Assembly: GCA_026707445.1 (NCBI GenBank)
Contig: JAPOWV010000004.1
Span: 10,170-74,169, forward strand
Length of the DNA stretch: 64,000 bases
Source: Gammaproteobacteria bacterium
GTDB taxonomy: Bacteria > Pseudomonadota > Gammaproteobacteria > Steroidobacterales > Foliamicaceae
Direction: 5' to 3'
Part shown: positions 48,040-58,850 of the stretch, one piece after another
Layout: every line of letters starts with the position of its first letter
Position numbering within the stretch: position 1 is the stretch's first letter
Position numbers and translations under genes: made by a program
Notes under the pieces: model-generated
Database searches by the model: none
The model's input: only the letters and a program-made list of their open reading frames with translations
What the model was told of the DNA's origin: nothing

Positions 48040-48128
48040 ACGACCGGATCGGGAAATTTGGGGAAGAGAAAAGGGCGCTACGCTGGACTCTTGTGTCGTG
48101 TCGCGACACTAGAGACCGATGGCGAACT

Positions 48129-50357
48129 TCACTGTGTTCGGAATTGTACCGAAACGCCGTAGGTCCGGGGCGGGGCATAGTGCGCCCAGCTCGCGCCGGC
48201 GAAGCTGGTCCGCTGGTCGGCGTACAGCGTGTCGCTCAGGTTCTTGCACCAGGCGGTGACGAGCCATCGCGCCCCGGCCGGGGTCCAACGAACGGAAACG
48301 TTGGCCACGGCGTAGGCCTTCTGCAAGGATGCGTCGCGCTCGAAGCGTCGGGGTGCGTTGTCGCTGTTGTGCCAGGCATCGTGCTTCCAGCCGTAATCAA
48401 GGTGAAAATCCAGGCCGCCGCTACGGCCCAGGTCCACGCCGTAGCCGGCCGCGAAAGTGAAGGAGTGCCGGGGCGAATGCGGAATCCGGTTCCCGTCGCG
48501 ACGGATGTCGAACCCCTGGATCGTGCCCACAAGGAAGCTGTCGAATCGCGCGTCCAGGTAGCCGTACGCGAGGTTCAGCAGCAGGCTGCCGGACGGCGCC
48601 CAGGTCAGTTCCAGCTCCGCTCCGCTGATGCTTGCACGAGCCGCGTTCTTGACGCGCAGACCGTCGAATGCGGCGGACACTTCGTCGAATAGCAGCGTGA
48701 TTCTCTGCAGGTCGTGGAAGTCGGTAGAAAACACCGCCGCGTTGACCTGCAGCCTGTCGCCCAGCCAGCGGCTCTTTATCCCGAACTCGACGTTGGTTGC
48801 GGTCTCTTCGCGGATCGGCTGCCCGGCCTCGGATGCTCGGCTCACCTTGGTGTCGAAGCCCCCGGACTTGAACCCCTCCGACCAGCTTGCATAGGCCATG
48901 AGTTCCCGCCCGGCAAAAGGCCGCCATTCCGCCACCACTCGCGGCGTGAACGCGTCGAAGGAAGCTTCGGCCGCCACGTCGTAATTCTCGAAGATGATCT
49001 GGAAGGGGATTCCCGGAACCGCGTCGTCGGTGAGCGTGCCGATGGTGCGGTTTTCCTTGTCGTCGCGCGTATACCGCAGGCCCGCGCGGACGGTCAGCAC
49101 CGCGTTGACCTCCCACGACGCGTCGGCGAAAGCCGCCCAGCCGGAAGTGCCGGAAACGCCCAGCCAATCACCGCGGCTGCCGTTCAGCACGCCATCCTGG
49201 TTTACGACGATTTCCTCGTATTCGAGCCGGTCCACGTCCTCGCGGATGTAGTACAGGCCGGCCACCGCCCGCCAGTTCGCGGTCGGGTCGAAAGCATAGC
49301 GGACCTCCAGGCTGAGCTGGTCCGCATCCTCTTCCTGGCCGAAGAGATCGTCGAACCCCTGGCCCACCGCCAGGCTGCGTCCGCCGAACTGGTCCAGGGT
49401 AACGGCGGAGACGTCCCGGTAGGCGGCGATTGCGGTCAGTTCGCCGCTGCCGATCAACTGCTTGAGCCGTGCCGAAAGGCCCCATTGGCTGGCTTCGTAC
49501 CCGATCGGCAAACCATGCTCGGTAACCCGCGGCCGGCCGGTGGAAGCGGAGGGAGGAAACCGGTCCCATCGGGTCACGCTACGGGTCTGGCTGCCGTTGT
49601 CTTCGCGGCTGTAGTCGGCGCTGAAAAGGAAGTCGCGATCATTGCCGGATAGGACACGCAGTTGCCCGCGCACCGCCAGCAGGTCTTCGTCGTCGGATTC
49701 GGCGCCGCTGATCAGGTCCATTCCGTAGCCGTCGCGCGTCTTTCGCAACAACGAGATTTTCCCACCGACACTGGAACTCAGGGGTCCCGAAAGCACGCCC
49801 TTAAGGTCGATGGCGTTGAACGAGCCGTAGCCCGCCAGGAACCTGGCTTCGGTGTCTTCCGTGCTCGGCGGGCGAGTGGTGAGGCTGACAGCGCCGCCCA
49901 CGACGTTCTTGCCGAACAGCACGCCCTGCGGGCCGCGCAGGACGGACGCTTGTTCCAGGTCGAATAGTTCAAAGAAGTAGGACGTGGAGCGGGCGATGTA
50001 CACCTCGTCCACGAACAGGATGACCGAGTTTTCCAGCCCGCTGCGGGTGGCGCCGCTGTTGCCTATTCCACGCACCGTCAGTTCCGGCCGGCCGCTGCTG
50101 AAAGTGGAGTAGGAAAGGTTGGGGATGCGCAATGCCAGTTCGCCGACCTTCTCCACCCGTCCGGCTTCCAGTGCCTCGGCGTCCAGCGCACTGATCGACA
50201 TCGGAACGTCCTGGAGGTTTTCGCTCCGCTTCTGGGCGGTGACAACGATCTCCTCCAGAAATCCTTGCGCGCTCGCCGACGCGCCGATCGCCAGCACGGC
50301 GGCCGGAAGCACGGCCTTCACGGTGGCGTGCACGTGAGATTCGACCTGCGGTGACAC
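48129..50357 (-). CDS. TonB-dependent outer-membrane receptor
   Basis: Signal ..AVLPAAVLAIGASASAQG; plug EEIVVTAQKRSENLQDVP and ASVLRGPQGVLFGKN; beta-barrel C-terminus ..TYGVSVQFRTQ. The GTG start overlaps the ybdK stop by 1 nt. An alternative GTG is at 50321. Confidence 0.9.
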   Translation of the reverse strand: MSPQVESHVHATVKAVLPAAVLAIGASASAQGFLEEIVVTAQKRSENLQDVPMSISALDAEALEAGRVEKVGELALRIPNLSYSTFSSGRPELTVRGIGNSGATRSGLENSVILFVDEVYIARSTSYFFELFDLEQASVLRGPQGVLFGKNVVGGAVSLTTRPPSTEDTEARFLAGYGSFNAIDLKGVLSGPLSSSVGGKISLLRKTRDGYGMDLISGAESDDEDLLAVRGQLRVLSGNDRDFLFSADYSREDNGSQTRSVTRWDRFPPSASTGRPRVTEHGLPIGYEASQWGLSARLKQLIGSGELTAIAAYRDVSAVTLDQFGGRSLAVGQGFDDLFGQEEDADQLSLEVRYAFDPTANWRAVAGLYYIREDVDRLEYEEIVVNQDGVLNGSRGDWLGVSGTSGWAAFADASWEVNAVLTVRAGLRYTRDDKENRTIGTLTDDAVPGIPFQIIFENYDVAAEASFDAFTPRVVAEWRPFAGRELMAYASWSEGFKSGGFDTKVSRASEAGQPIREETATNVEFGIKSRWLGDRLQVNAAVFSTDFHDLQRITLLFDEVSAAFDGLRVKNAARASISGAELELTWAPSGSLLLNLAYGYLDARFDSFLVGTIQGFDIRRDGNRIPHSPRHSFTFAAGYGVDLGRSGGLDFHLDYGWKHDAWHNSDNAPRRFERDASLQKAYAVANVSVRWTPAGARWLVTAWCKNLSDTLYADQRTSFAGASWAHYAPPRTYGVSVQFRTQ

Positions 50358-51502
50358 TAGATGCCGCTTCGGGTTTCGGCAAGGATCTGGTCCACCACCG
50401 AGACCAGCGCTTCCCGGTCGCTGTCGCCTTCCAGGATGCGCAGCCGGAAATGGTCCGTCTGGCGGTCGGCGCCGCTTCCGTTTGCGACGATCTCAAGGGC
50501 GTGCCGCAATTCGCGTTCGCAGTCCAGCGCCTCGGCGTCCTCGCCCAGGGTCTCCACCATCTGGGCCACCAGGTCGGCGATGTCGGTGCGTCCGCCATCG
50601 TCCGTGTTTCCGAGAAAGCCCAGAACGCCGTAGCGCTGGGCAAGCCAGCGGTTTTCCGCGATGATCTCGGTCAGTGGTTCTTCCGGCAACCGGCCCGCGT
50701 GGTACTGCCTAAGCAGCATTCGGATCAGGCAGGCGTACAGCGCGACGATGCACATCGCATCGTCCAGCCGGGTGCAGAGATCGCATATGCGCAGCTCCAC
50801 CGTGGGATAGTGTTGCGAGGGCCGTATGTCCCACCACAGTTCGCTGCCGTCGCTGATGAAATTCATGCGGCGGTAGTTGTCCAGCAGCTGTTCGTAGTCG
50901 GTTGCCGAGTACAGGGCGTTGGGCATGCTGGTGCGGGGCAGCACGCCGATCAGGCACAGCCGGTAGGACTTGTAGCCGGTGTTGTTGCCGTGGTTGAAGG
51001 GCGACGAGGTGGACAGCGCCAGCAGGATGGGCAGATATCGCCGAAGCGCGGTCATCACGCGCACCCGCGCGTCGGGATCGCCGAACCCGGCATGCACGTG
51101 CATGCCGCCCACCAGGTAGCGCCGCACGGCCTCCTGGTAAGTCATTTCGAAGTCTTCGTAACGCTTGCGCGGTGTCGTCAACTGCGCTTGCCAGACGGCA
51201 AAGGGGTGCGTGGAAGAAGCGATCACCGCGGCGCCACGGCCGGCGGCGGCATCGCACACCAGCCTGCGGGTTTCTCCGAGCGCGTCGCGCACTTCGGCGA
51301 CGGAATTGCATACGCGGGTATTGGTTTCGATCTGCGAACGCAGCATTTCCGGCACCACTTTGTGCGGCCCGGCATGCTCCTGGCAGTATTCGAATATCCG
51401 CGGGTCGGGGTCGGCGAGCATGTCGCGCGTGTCCGGATCGACGAGAAAGAACTCCTCCTCGACACCCAGCGTGATCGAAAGGTCAGCTTTCCCGATGTTC
51501 AC
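50357..51502 (-). CDS. ybdK: Carboxylate-amine ligase, YbdK/GCS2 (glutamate-cysteine ligase 2) family
   Basis: [13 protein letters not shown], ..[11 protein letters not shown].., ..GGMHVHAG.., ..[17 protein letters not shown].., ..[16 protein letters not shown]. The GTG start overlaps the copA stop (GTGA). Confidence 0.85.
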   Translation of the reverse strand: MNIGKADLSITLGVEEEFFLVDPDTRDMLADPDPRIFEYCQEHAGPHKVVPEMLRSQIETNTRVCNSVAEVRDALGETRRLVCDAAAGRGAAVIASSTHPFAVWQAQLTTPRKRYEDFEMTYQEAVRRYLVGGMHVHAGFGDPDARVRVMTALRRYLPILLALSTSSPFNHGNNTGYKSYRLCLIGVLPRTSMPNALYSATDYEQLLDNYRRMNFISDGSELWWDIRPSQHYPTVELRICDLCTRLDDAMCIVALYACLIRMLLRQYHAGRLPEEPLTEIIAENRWLAQRYGVLGFLGNTDDGGRTDIADLVAQMVETLGEDAEALDCERELRHALEIVANGSGADRQTDHFRLRILEGDSDREALVSVVDQILAETRSGI

Positions 51503-53973
51503 AGTCCGACCTTCCTCAACCTCAGCGCGTTGCTGATGACCGAAACCGACGACAGGCTCATGGCGGCGGCTGCAATCATGGGCGACAGCAGAAGGCCGAC
51601 GAACGGAAACAGCACGCCGGCCGCGACGGGTACGCCGGCGGAGTTGTAGATGAACGCAAAGAACAGGTTCTGCCTGATATTGCGCATCGTCGCATGCGCC
51701 AGCCGGCGGGCCCGGACGATCCCGTTCAGGTCGCCTCTTACCAGCGTGAAGCCCGCGCTCTCGATGGCCACGTCGGCGCCCGTGCCCATCGCGACCCCCA
51801 CGTCCGCCTGGGCCAGCGCGGGCGCGTCGTTTACGCCGTCGCCCGCCATCGCGACCCTGGCGCCGGATTCCTGCAGCTCTCTTATGATGCGGGCCTTGTC
51901 TTCCGGAAGCACGTCGGCGCGAATCTCATCGATCCCGAGCCTGGAGGCCACGGCCTTTGCGGTGCGTTCGTTGTCTCCCGTGACCATGACGATGCGCAGG
52001 CCTTCGGCATGCAGAGCCTCCAACGCCTGCGGCGTCGTGTCCTTGATTGGATCGGCGACGCTCACAAGCCCGGCCAGCCGGCCCTCGACCACGACGAACA
52101 TGACCGTCTCGCCCTGGTCGCGGCGCCGGTTCGCCATTTCGCTTGCCTTGCCGCCGTCGAGCCCGAGGTCGGCAAGCAGCCTGGCGTTGCCCAGCGCAAC
52201 CGCCTTGCCCGCGACCTGTCCCTTGACGCCTTTCCCGGTGACCGCCTCGAATTCTTCCACTCTCGAAAGGATCAGGCCACGGTCCTCGGCTCCCGCAACG
52301 ATCGCCTCGGCCAGCGGGTGCTCGCTGCCCCGTTCGAGCGACGCCGCCAGCCGCAGCAACTCCGCCTCGTCAATCCCGGCCTCCGCGACCACGTCCGTCA
52401 GCTTCGGCTTGCCCACGGTCAGCGTGCCGGTCTTGTCGACGATCAGCGTGCCGACCCCGGCGAACCGCTCGAGCGCCTCGGCGTTCCTGATCAGCACGCC
52501 GGCCTGCGCGCCCCGTCCGGTCGCCGTCATGATGGACATGGGCGTGGCAAGGCCAAGTGCGCAGGGACAGGCGATGATCAGGACCGAGACCGCCGCCACC
52601 AGGGCATAGGCCATGGCCGGCGCCGGTCCCCAGTTCGACCAGACGGCAAACGCCGCCACCGCGACCAGGACGACGGCCGGCACGAAGTATCCGGCCACCA
52701 CGTCGGCCAGTTTCTGGATCGGCGCGCGGCTGCGCTGCGCCTGCGCGACCATCTCGACGATTTGCGATAGCATGGTGTCGGCGCCGACGCGCCTGGCCTC
52801 GATGACGAGCGTGCCGCTGCCGTTGATCGTTGCTCCGGTCACCGGATCGCCCACCGCCTTTTCGACCGGGACCGGCTCTCCGGTCAGCATGGACTCGTCA
52901 ATCGACGAATTGCCTTCGGCAACCGCCCCGTCCACCGGCACCTTGTCTCCCGGGCGTATCCGCAGTCGATCGCCGACCTGAACGTCGTCGAGCGGGATTT
53001 CCTCTTCGCGTCCATCCGGGCGGATGATGCGCGCCGTCTTCGGCGCCAGGTCCAGAAGCGCCCGGATCGCGTCGCCCGTCCGTTCCCGCGCGCGGAGTTC
53101 CAGTACCTGGCCGAGCAATACGAGAACCACGATGACGGCCGCAGCCTCGTAATAGACCCCGACATGGCCTGCGGCGTCGCGGAATCCGGCCGGAAATATC
53201 CCCGGCGCGATCGTCGCGACCACACTGAACGCATAGGCCGCGCCGACGCCCATGGCGATCAGCGTGAACATGTTCAGGCTTCGGTTGATGACGGACTTCA
53301 CCCCGCGCACGAAGAACGGCCAACCCGACCAGAGGACGACCGGCGTCGCCAGGACGAGTTCGGCCCACCCCGCGATCGCCCCGCCGATCCAACTGCGCAC
53401 GGGCAGGCCGATCATCGGACCCATCGCGAGCGCCAGCACCGGTACCGTCAGCGCGGCCCCGATCCAGAAGCGGCGCGTGAAATCCACGAGTTCCGGATTG
53501 GGTCCCTGGTCTCCGGCCGGCACGCCCATCGGCTCCAGCGCCATGCCGCAACTCGGGCAGTCGGAGGGCTCCTCCCGCACGATCTCGGGGCACATGGGAC
53601 AGGTGTAGAGCGTGCCCTCGGGCACCGGTTCGGGTTCGGGGAGATCTTTCACATAAGCGGCAGGGTCCTCCTCGAATTTTTCCTGGCAACGCGCCGAGTA
53701 GAAGTAGAAGCGCTGGCCTGCGTGTTTGGCGACATGCTGGGCAGTCGCGCGCGCCACGGTTTTGCCCGAGACGGGGCATGTCGCCTCGATGTAGTCTTCC
53801 GGCGCGGCCGCGAACTTGTCGCGGCAACCCGGGTTGCAGAAGCGATAGACGTGGCCGTCGTAATCGAAACTCGGCTTGTCCGCGTCCGGATCGACGGTCA
53901 TGGCGCAGATTGGATCCCTCACGACAGCCGTCTGCGGGCGTTCGTGCTCATGCCGATGCGCGTGAGTAGTCAT
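51499..53973 (-). CDS. copA: Copper-translocating P1B-type ATPase with N-terminal YHS/TRASH-type and zinc-ribbon-like metal-binding modules
   Basis: CPC transmembrane motif ([13 protein letters not shown]), [22 protein letters not shown]-terminus has [34 protein letters not shown] and CPMCPE..CPSCGM. Confidence 0.9.
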   Translation of the reverse strand: MTTHAHRHEHERPQTAVVRDPICAMTVDPDADKPSFDYDGHVYRFCNPGCRDKFAAAPEDYIEATCPVSGKTVARATAQHVAKHAGQRFYFYSARCQEKFEEDPAAYVKDLPEPEPVPEGTLYTCPMCPEIVREEPSDCPSCGMALEPMGVPAGDQGPNPELVDFTRRFWIGAALTVPVLALAMGPMIGLPVRSWIGGAIAGWAELVLATPVVLWSGWPFFVRGVKSVINRSLNMFTLIAMGVGAAYAFSVVATIAPGIFPAGFRDAAGHVGVYYEAAAVIVVLVLLGQVLELRARERTGDAIRALLDLAPKTARIIRPDGREEEIPLDDVQVGDRLRIRPGDKVPVDGAVAEGNSSIDESMLTGEPVPVEKAVGDPVTGATINGSGTLVIEARRVGADTMLSQIVEMVAQAQRSRAPIQKLADVVAGYFVPAVVLVAVAAFAVWSNWGPAPAMAYALVAAVSVLIIACPCALGLATPMSIMTATGRGAQAGVLIRNAEALERFAGVGTLIVDKTGTLTVGKPKLTDVVAEAGIDEAELLRLAASLERGSEHPLAEAIVAGAEDRGLILSRVEEFEAVTGKGVKGQVAGKAVALGNARLLADLGLDGGKASEMANRRRDQGETVMFVVVEGRLAGLVSVADPIKDTTPQALEALHAEGLRIVMVTGDNERTAKAVASRLGIDEIRADVLPEDKARIIRELQESGARVAMAGDGVNDAPALAQADVGVAMGTGADVAIESAGFTLVRGDLNGIVRARRLAHATMRNIRQNLFFAFIYNSAGVPVAAGVLFPFVGLLLSPMIAAAAMSLSSVSVISNALRLRKVGL

Positions 53974-54117
53974 GGGCTAATTCCCTTTCGTCAATATGGA
54001 CTCGTCGATTCTCACCGGTTTTCTCTTCCCTGTATCCCGCCGGGACCGACCTGACGCCGCGTACATCATAATACCGGGACCAGGAAGATTTCGTAGCTCG
54101 CGTGGAGCACTTCGCCG

Positions 54118-55728
54118 ATGCCGGTATTCGAGACCAAGATAGATTCCAGGTCCGGGGAGTTTGCGGCCAATGCGACGGTCAACCGGGAGTATGCCGCCCG
54201 GCTTGGGGAACTCAAGGCCGACATTGCCCGGGGCGGTTCCGAATCCTCGCGCGCAAAGCACCTGGGGCGCGGCAAGATGCTGGTCCGCGATCGCGTGGAC
54301 ATGCTGATCGATGCCGGCGCCCCGTTCCTCGAAATCGGCCAGCTCGCGGCGCACGAGGTCTACGATCAGCCGGTGCCCGCGGCGGGCCTTGTCTGCGGCA
54401 TCGGGCGGATTCACGGAACGGAATGCATGGTTGTCGCCAACGACGCCACGGTCAAGGGCGGCGCCTACTATCCGCTGACGGTCAAGAAGCATTTGCGCGC
54501 CCAGGAGATCGCGCTGGAAAATCACCTTCCCTGCATATATCTCGCCGACTCGGGCGGCGCCTATCTGCCCATGCAGGATGAAGTCTTTCCCGACCGGGAA
54601 CACTTCGGGCGCATCTTCTACAACCAGGCGAGGCTGTCGGCGCGCAACATCCCGCAGGTGGCGGTGGTCATGGGTTCGTGTACGGCGGGCGGCGCCTACG
54701 TCCCGGCGATGAGCGACGAGACCATCATCGTCAAGGAACAGGGAACCATATTCCTGGGCGGCCCGCCGCTGGTGAAGGCGGCAACGGGAGAGGAGGTGGA
54801 CAGCGAAACGCTGGGTGGCGGAGACCTGCACACGCGGGTGTCCGGCGTAGCCGACTACCTGGCGGAGAATGACGGCCACGCGCTGAGCCTTGCCCGGGGC
54901 ATCGTTCGTCACCTGAACCGGGACGGCGGGGCGCGGGTGGAACCTTCGGCAGCGAAGGATCCCCTGTACCCGGCGGAGGAGATTTACGGAATCGTTCCGC
55001 GCGGCCTTCGTTACATCTACAACGTGCGCGAGGTCATTGCGCGCATCGTGGACGCTTCGGAGTTCGAGGAGTTCAAGCCCCGTTACGGGACGACGCTGGT
55101 TTGCGCATTCGCCAGGCTGGGCGGCTACCCGGTTGGCATACTCGCCAACAACGGAATCCTGTTCTCCGAGTCCGCGCTGAAGGGCGCCCATTTCATCCAG
55201 CTTTGCAACCGGCGCGGAATACCGCTGCTGTTTCTGCAGAACATTGCCGGATTCATGGTGGGCAAGGACTTCGAACGCCGCGGCATCGCCAAGGACGGCG
55301 CCAAGCTGATCACGGCCGTGGCCTGCGCCCGCGTCCCCAAGCTCACGGTGATCATCGGCGGTTCTTTCGGCGCCGGGAACTACGGAATGTCCGGGCGCGC
55401 CTACGGGCCGCGGATGCTCTGGATGTGGCCGAACGCGCGGATCTCGGTGATGGGCGCGGAACAGGCGGCCATGGTGCTGAGCCAGGTCCGCAGCGCCGGC
55501 AAGCGCGCCGGTAGCGGGGAAGATCCGGCGGAAGAGAACGAGGCCTTTCAGCAGAAGATACGGGCCCGGTATGAGCGCCAGGGTCATCCGTACTACGCAA
55601 GCGCGAGACTCTGGGACGACGGCGTGATCGATCCCGTCGATACGCGGGAGGTGCTGACCCTCGGCCTGTCGGCCGTGATGAACGCGCCGTTACCGGAGGA
55701 GGGCCCCTATGGCGTGTTTCGCATGTAA
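54118..55728 (+). CDS. Methylcrotonoyl-CoA carboxylase beta (carboxyltransferase) subunit / acyl-CoA carboxylase beta
   Basis: [27 protein letters not shown].., [92 protein letters not shown]. Confidence 0.9.
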   Translation: MPVFETKIDSRSGEFAANATVNREYAARLGELKADIARGGSESSRAKHLGRGKMLVRDRVDMLIDAGAPFLEIGQLAAHEVYDQPVPAAGLVCGIGRIHGTECMVVANDATVKGGAYYPLTVKKHLRAQEIALENHLPCIYLADSGGAYLPMQDEVFPDREHFGRIFYNQARLSARNIPQVAVVMGSCTAGGAYVPAMSDETIIVKEQGTIFLGGPPLVKAATGEEVDSETLGGGDLHTRVSGVADYLAENDGHALSLARGIVRHLNRDGGARVEPSAAKDPLYPAEEIYGIVPRGLRYIYNVREVIARIVDASEFEEFKPRYGTTLVCAFARLGGYPVGILANNGILFSESALKGAHFIQLCNRRGIPLLFLQNIAGFMVGKDFERRGIAKDGAKLITAVACARVPKLTVIIGGSFGAGNYGMSGRAYGPRMLWMWPNARISVMGAEQAAMVLSQVRSAGKRAGSGEDPAEENEAFQQKIRARYERQGHPYYASARLWDDGVIDPVDTREVLTLGLSAVMNAPLPEEGPYGVFRM

Positions 55729-55743
55729 GCGTGAGAGATCCTG

Positions 55744-56208
55744 ATGCCGGGCCTCTACTACGAGGACTGCGAGGTCGGCGCCGTGATCAGGCACGAGCTG
55801 CGCCGCACGGTTACCGAAGCCGACAACCTCCTTTTTTCGACGCTGACGCACAACGTTTCACCCCTGCATCTCGATGAGGAATACATGCGCACCACCGAGT
55901 TCGGCCAGCGCATCGTGAACAGCTGCTTTACCCTGAGCCTGATGACCGGCGTGTCGGTGGGCGATACGACCGCCGGGACGGCAATCGCCAATCTGGGGTG
56001 GGAAGACGCGCGTTTCCCCAGACCCGTTTTTCACGGCGATACGCTGCGGATCGAGACCGAAATCCTGGGCAAGCGCGAGAGCAAATCGCGCCCGGATGCC
56101 GGCGTCGTGACCCTTGCCCATCGCGCGTATAACCAGAACGACGAACTCGTGGGGCACTGCCGGCGCGTGGCGCTTATGCGGAAACGCCCACCCGGAGGTC
56201 AGGCCTAG
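55744..56208 (+). CDS. MaoC-like (R)-specific enoyl-CoA hydratase/dehydratase
   Basis: 154-aa hot-dog fold pattern ..[40 protein letters not shown].. Confidence 0.75.
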   Translation: MPGLYYEDCEVGAVIRHELRRTVTEADNLLFSTLTHNVSPLHLDEEYMRTTEFGQRIVNSCFTLSLMTGVSVGDTTAGTAIANLGWEDARFPRPVFHGDTLRIETEILGKRESKSRPDAGVVTLAHRAYNQNDELVGHCRRVALMRKRPPGGQA

Positions 56209-57104
56209 AAACTGAGCGACTGCAGCGCCCGTATGCGCGCATCCAGCGGAGGGTGAGAGGAAAACATGCGCCGGATGCCGGAACGCGCCGAGGCCGAAAT
56301 GCCGAAGGCCGCCATCGACTCGGGCATGGACTGGCCTCGGCCGTAGTTGCGCTTCAACGATTCCAGCGCGTTGATCATCGAGCCCCGCCCGGCCAGGCGG
56401 GCGCCGGCCGCATCGGCGCGGAACTCCCGTCGGCGCGAGTACCACATCACGATGGCGCTGGCCAGGATGCCGAACACGATCTGGGCGGCGATGGTGACGA
56501 CGAAGTAGCCGATGCCCAGGCCACGCTCGTTGCGCAGGACGACGCGGTCGACGATAAAGCCCACGACCCGCGAGAAGAACAGCACAAAGGTGTTCAGGAC
56601 TCCCTGCAGCAAGGTCAGCGTCACCATGTCGCCATTGGCCACGTGGCCGATTTCGTGGCCCAGAACGGCCCGCACCTCTTCGCGGCGCATATGGCGCAAA
56701 AGACCTTCGCTCACGGCCACCAGCGACTTGTTGCGCCGGGCGCCGGTGGCGAAGGCATTGGGCTCCGGCGCCGGGAAGATCCCCACTTCGGGCGTGTCGA
56801 TCCCGGCGCTTCTCGCCAGCTCCCGGGTGGTGTCCAGCAGCCAGACCTCGGTCGGGTTGGAGGGTGCGTCGATGATCTGCGTGCGGGTTGCCCGCTTGGC
56901 CATCCACTTCGACAGGAACAGCGACACGAACGCTCCTCCGAAGCCGAAAATCGCGCAGAAAATGAAAAGGCCGGTGTAATTGAGCGCGTACTCGCCGGCC
57001 GCGTCCATGACCATGCGGTCGACTCCCAGAAGGTTCAGGACCAGCGCGGCAACCGCAAGGACTGCGATGTTGGTCAGGATGAACAGCGCGATGCGAGTGA
57101 ACAT
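56205..57104 (-). CDS. htpX: Membrane zinc metalloprotease HtpX
   Basis: ATG at 57104 ([18 protein letters not shown]..); [11 protein letters not shown] (HExxH); M48 family layout. Confidence 0.92.
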   Translation of the reverse strand: MFTRIALFILTNIAVLAVAALVLNLLGVDRMVMDAAGEYALNYTGLFIFCAIFGFGGAFVSLFLSKWMAKRATRTQIIDAPSNPTEVWLLDTTRELARSAGIDTPEVGIFPAPEPNAFATGARRNKSLVAVSEGLLRHMRREEVRAVLGHEIGHVANGDMVTLTLLQGVLNTFVLFFSRVVGFIVDRVVLRNERGLGIGYFVVTIAAQIVFGILASAIVMWYSRRREFRADAAGARLAGRGSMINALESLKRNYGRGQSMPESMAAFGISASARSGIRRMFSSHPPLDARIRALQSLSF

Positions 57105-57224
57105 GGGGGACGACTCCGGTGCGTCGATAGCGTGTAACAAGTATATGGGGACGAGTGCCGCGGTTTTGCAAGGCAATGCAACGCTTGCGGCGCTTCACGC
57201 TCGCCGCCTACACTTGCCGGTCTG

Positions 57225-58799
57225 ATGTCGGATTTTGACGTGATCGTGATCGGCGGCGGGGTTAACGGCCTGGCCTGCGCCGCGACCCTCACGCGCGAGG
57301 GTTTGAGCTGCTGCGTGCTCGAGCGCAACAGCTACGTGGGCGGCGGCGCGGTAACGCGCGAAGTGACGCTGCCGGGCTTCCGGCACGACCTGTACGGCTC
57401 GTCGCACGTGTGGATTCACTGCAATGCCGACTTCAAGGCGATTCAGCCGGAACTGGAGCGCTTCGGGCTGAAATACATCGAGCCGGAGGACCACATCACC
57501 GGCCATCCGGACCAGGGCGGCGGACCCGGCATCGTGGTTTACAAGAGCGTGGAGCGCACCTGCGAATCCATCGCCGCCTATTCGCCCGCGGACGCGCGCC
57601 GCTACGCCGCGATCTGCGATGACTTCGAACAGATCCGCGAGGGTTTCATCAAGGCTTTCTTCTCGCCCCCGACGCCGCCAAGCACGCTGCCGCGCGCCCT
57701 GGAGCGAAGCGTCGACGGCCTGAATCGCCTCCGCGAGTTTTCCATGTCGGCGCGTGCCTGGGTGGAGGCCAATTTCGAGAACGATTTCGTGCAGGCGATG
57801 ATGCTGAACTGGGCGCTGGCGCCGCAGATACTTCCGGACCAGGAGGGTGCGGGGCAGTCCTTTTACATCATGATCCCGGCGATTCACCACTACGGCCAGG
57901 CGATCCCGGAAGGCGGGAGCCAGCAACTGCCCAGGGCGATGGCCGCCTTCCTGGAAGGCAACGGCAGCCGGGTCAAGACGTCGTCTCCGGTCGAGCGGAT
58001 CGTCGTGGAGCAGGGCCGGGCCTGCGGCGCGCGTCTGGAGTCGGGCGAGACGGTGCGCGCGAGCCGGGCGGTTGTGTCCGCGCTGGAGCCGCGCCAGACC
58101 TTCCTGCGCATGCTGGACTCCGAAATCCTGGAGGACAGTTTCCTCGACATGGTGCGCGGCTATTCCTTCGGCAGGATCACGGTCTGCCGTGTACACCTGG
58201 CGCTGAAGGAACCGCCGCGGTTCGTGAACGGCGAGAGCATGAGCCGCTGCGCCTTCCACCGCATGACCGACAGCATGCCTCAGCTATTGAAGTTCTACGG
58301 CGAACTGGCCATGGGCCTGCCGCCGTCGGACCCCTTCCTGTGGTCGGCATGCTGGACGCTGCTCGATCCGACGCGGGCGCCGGACGGCGGTCATACCCTG
58401 ATATTTGATACTTTCGTTTCCAATTGGCTTGCCGATGGCCGCAATTGGGGCGAAATCGGCGATAACTATGCGCGCGACGTGCTGCTGCCCAAGCTGCGTC
58501 AGTACGCGCCCAATATCGCCGGGGACAACATTCTCGGACAACATGTGGAAACCGGCGAGAGCCTGGAGCGCGCCAATCCGTCGTTCGTCGAAGGAACTAC
58601 GAACGGGGGCGAACGGATCGCTTCGCAGCTCGGCTATTTCCGGCCGTTTCCGGGCTATGCGCACTACCGTTCGCCGGTGCAGGGCCTGTACATGACCGGG
58701 CCGCACTGTCATCCCGGCGGCGGGATCTCGGCCATGGGCACGATCACCGCGCGCGTCATGCTGGACGACTTCGGTATCCGCGAGGCGGATTTCTGGTAA
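57225..58799 (+). CDS. Phytoene-desaturase-family NAD(P)/FAD-dependent oxidoreductase (CrtI-like)
   Basis: FDVIVIGGGVNGLACAATLTREGLSCCVLERNSYVGGG dinucleotide fold; 524 aa; C-terminal ..LYMTGPHCHPGGGISAMG. Confidence 0.8.
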   Translation: MSDFDVIVIGGGVNGLACAATLTREGLSCCVLERNSYVGGGAVTREVTLPGFRHDLYGSSHVWIHCNADFKAIQPELERFGLKYIEPEDHITGHPDQGGGPGIVVYKSVERTCESIAAYSPADARRYAAICDDFEQIREGFIKAFFSPPTPPSTLPRALERSVDGLNRLREFSMSARAWVEANFENDFVQAMMLNWALAPQILPDQEGAGQSFYIMIPAIHHYGQAIPEGGSQQLPRAMAAFLEGNGSRVKTSSPVERIVVEQGRACGARLESGETVRASRAVVSALEPRQTFLRMLDSEILEDSFLDMVRGYSFGRITVCRVHLALKEPPRFVNGESMSRCAFHRMTDSMPQLLKFYGELAMGLPPSDPFLWSACWTLLDPTRAPDGGHTLIFDTFVSNWLADGRNWGEIGDNYARDVLLPKLRQYAPNIAGDNILGQHVETGESLERANPSFVEGTTNGGERIASQLGYFRPFPGYAHYRSPVQGLYMTGPHCHPGGGISAMGTITARVMLDDFGIREADFW

Positions 58800-58850
58800 T
58801 TGAGAATGGCGTGCTTTCCCGCGTGGGAAGCGACGCCGGAGGAAAGAAAG

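Noticed and set aside
47024-48692. 384-aa (-), 287-aa (+) and 298-aa (+) ORFs around ctaA
   Set aside because: The COX15/CtaA frame (47044-48039, -) is clearly the real gene. The rest are alternative-frame or antisense ORFs without motifs.
53974-54117. Looked for a MerR/CueR-type dyad with a 19-bp spacer promoter upstream of copA
   Set aside because: No convincing inverted repeat or -35/-10 pair with long spacing was visible by eye.
53977-55587. 536-aa ORF on the minus strand
   Set aside because: It mirrors the methylcrotonoyl-CoA carboxylase beta gene on the plus strand. It has no recognisable motifs, so it is a high-GC antisense artefact.
55858-57198. 446-aa minus-strand ORF and 294-aa plus-strand ORF over htpX/MaoC
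   Set aside because: HtpX (HExxH, TM helices) and the MaoC dehydratase explain the region. The other ORFs are low-complexity.
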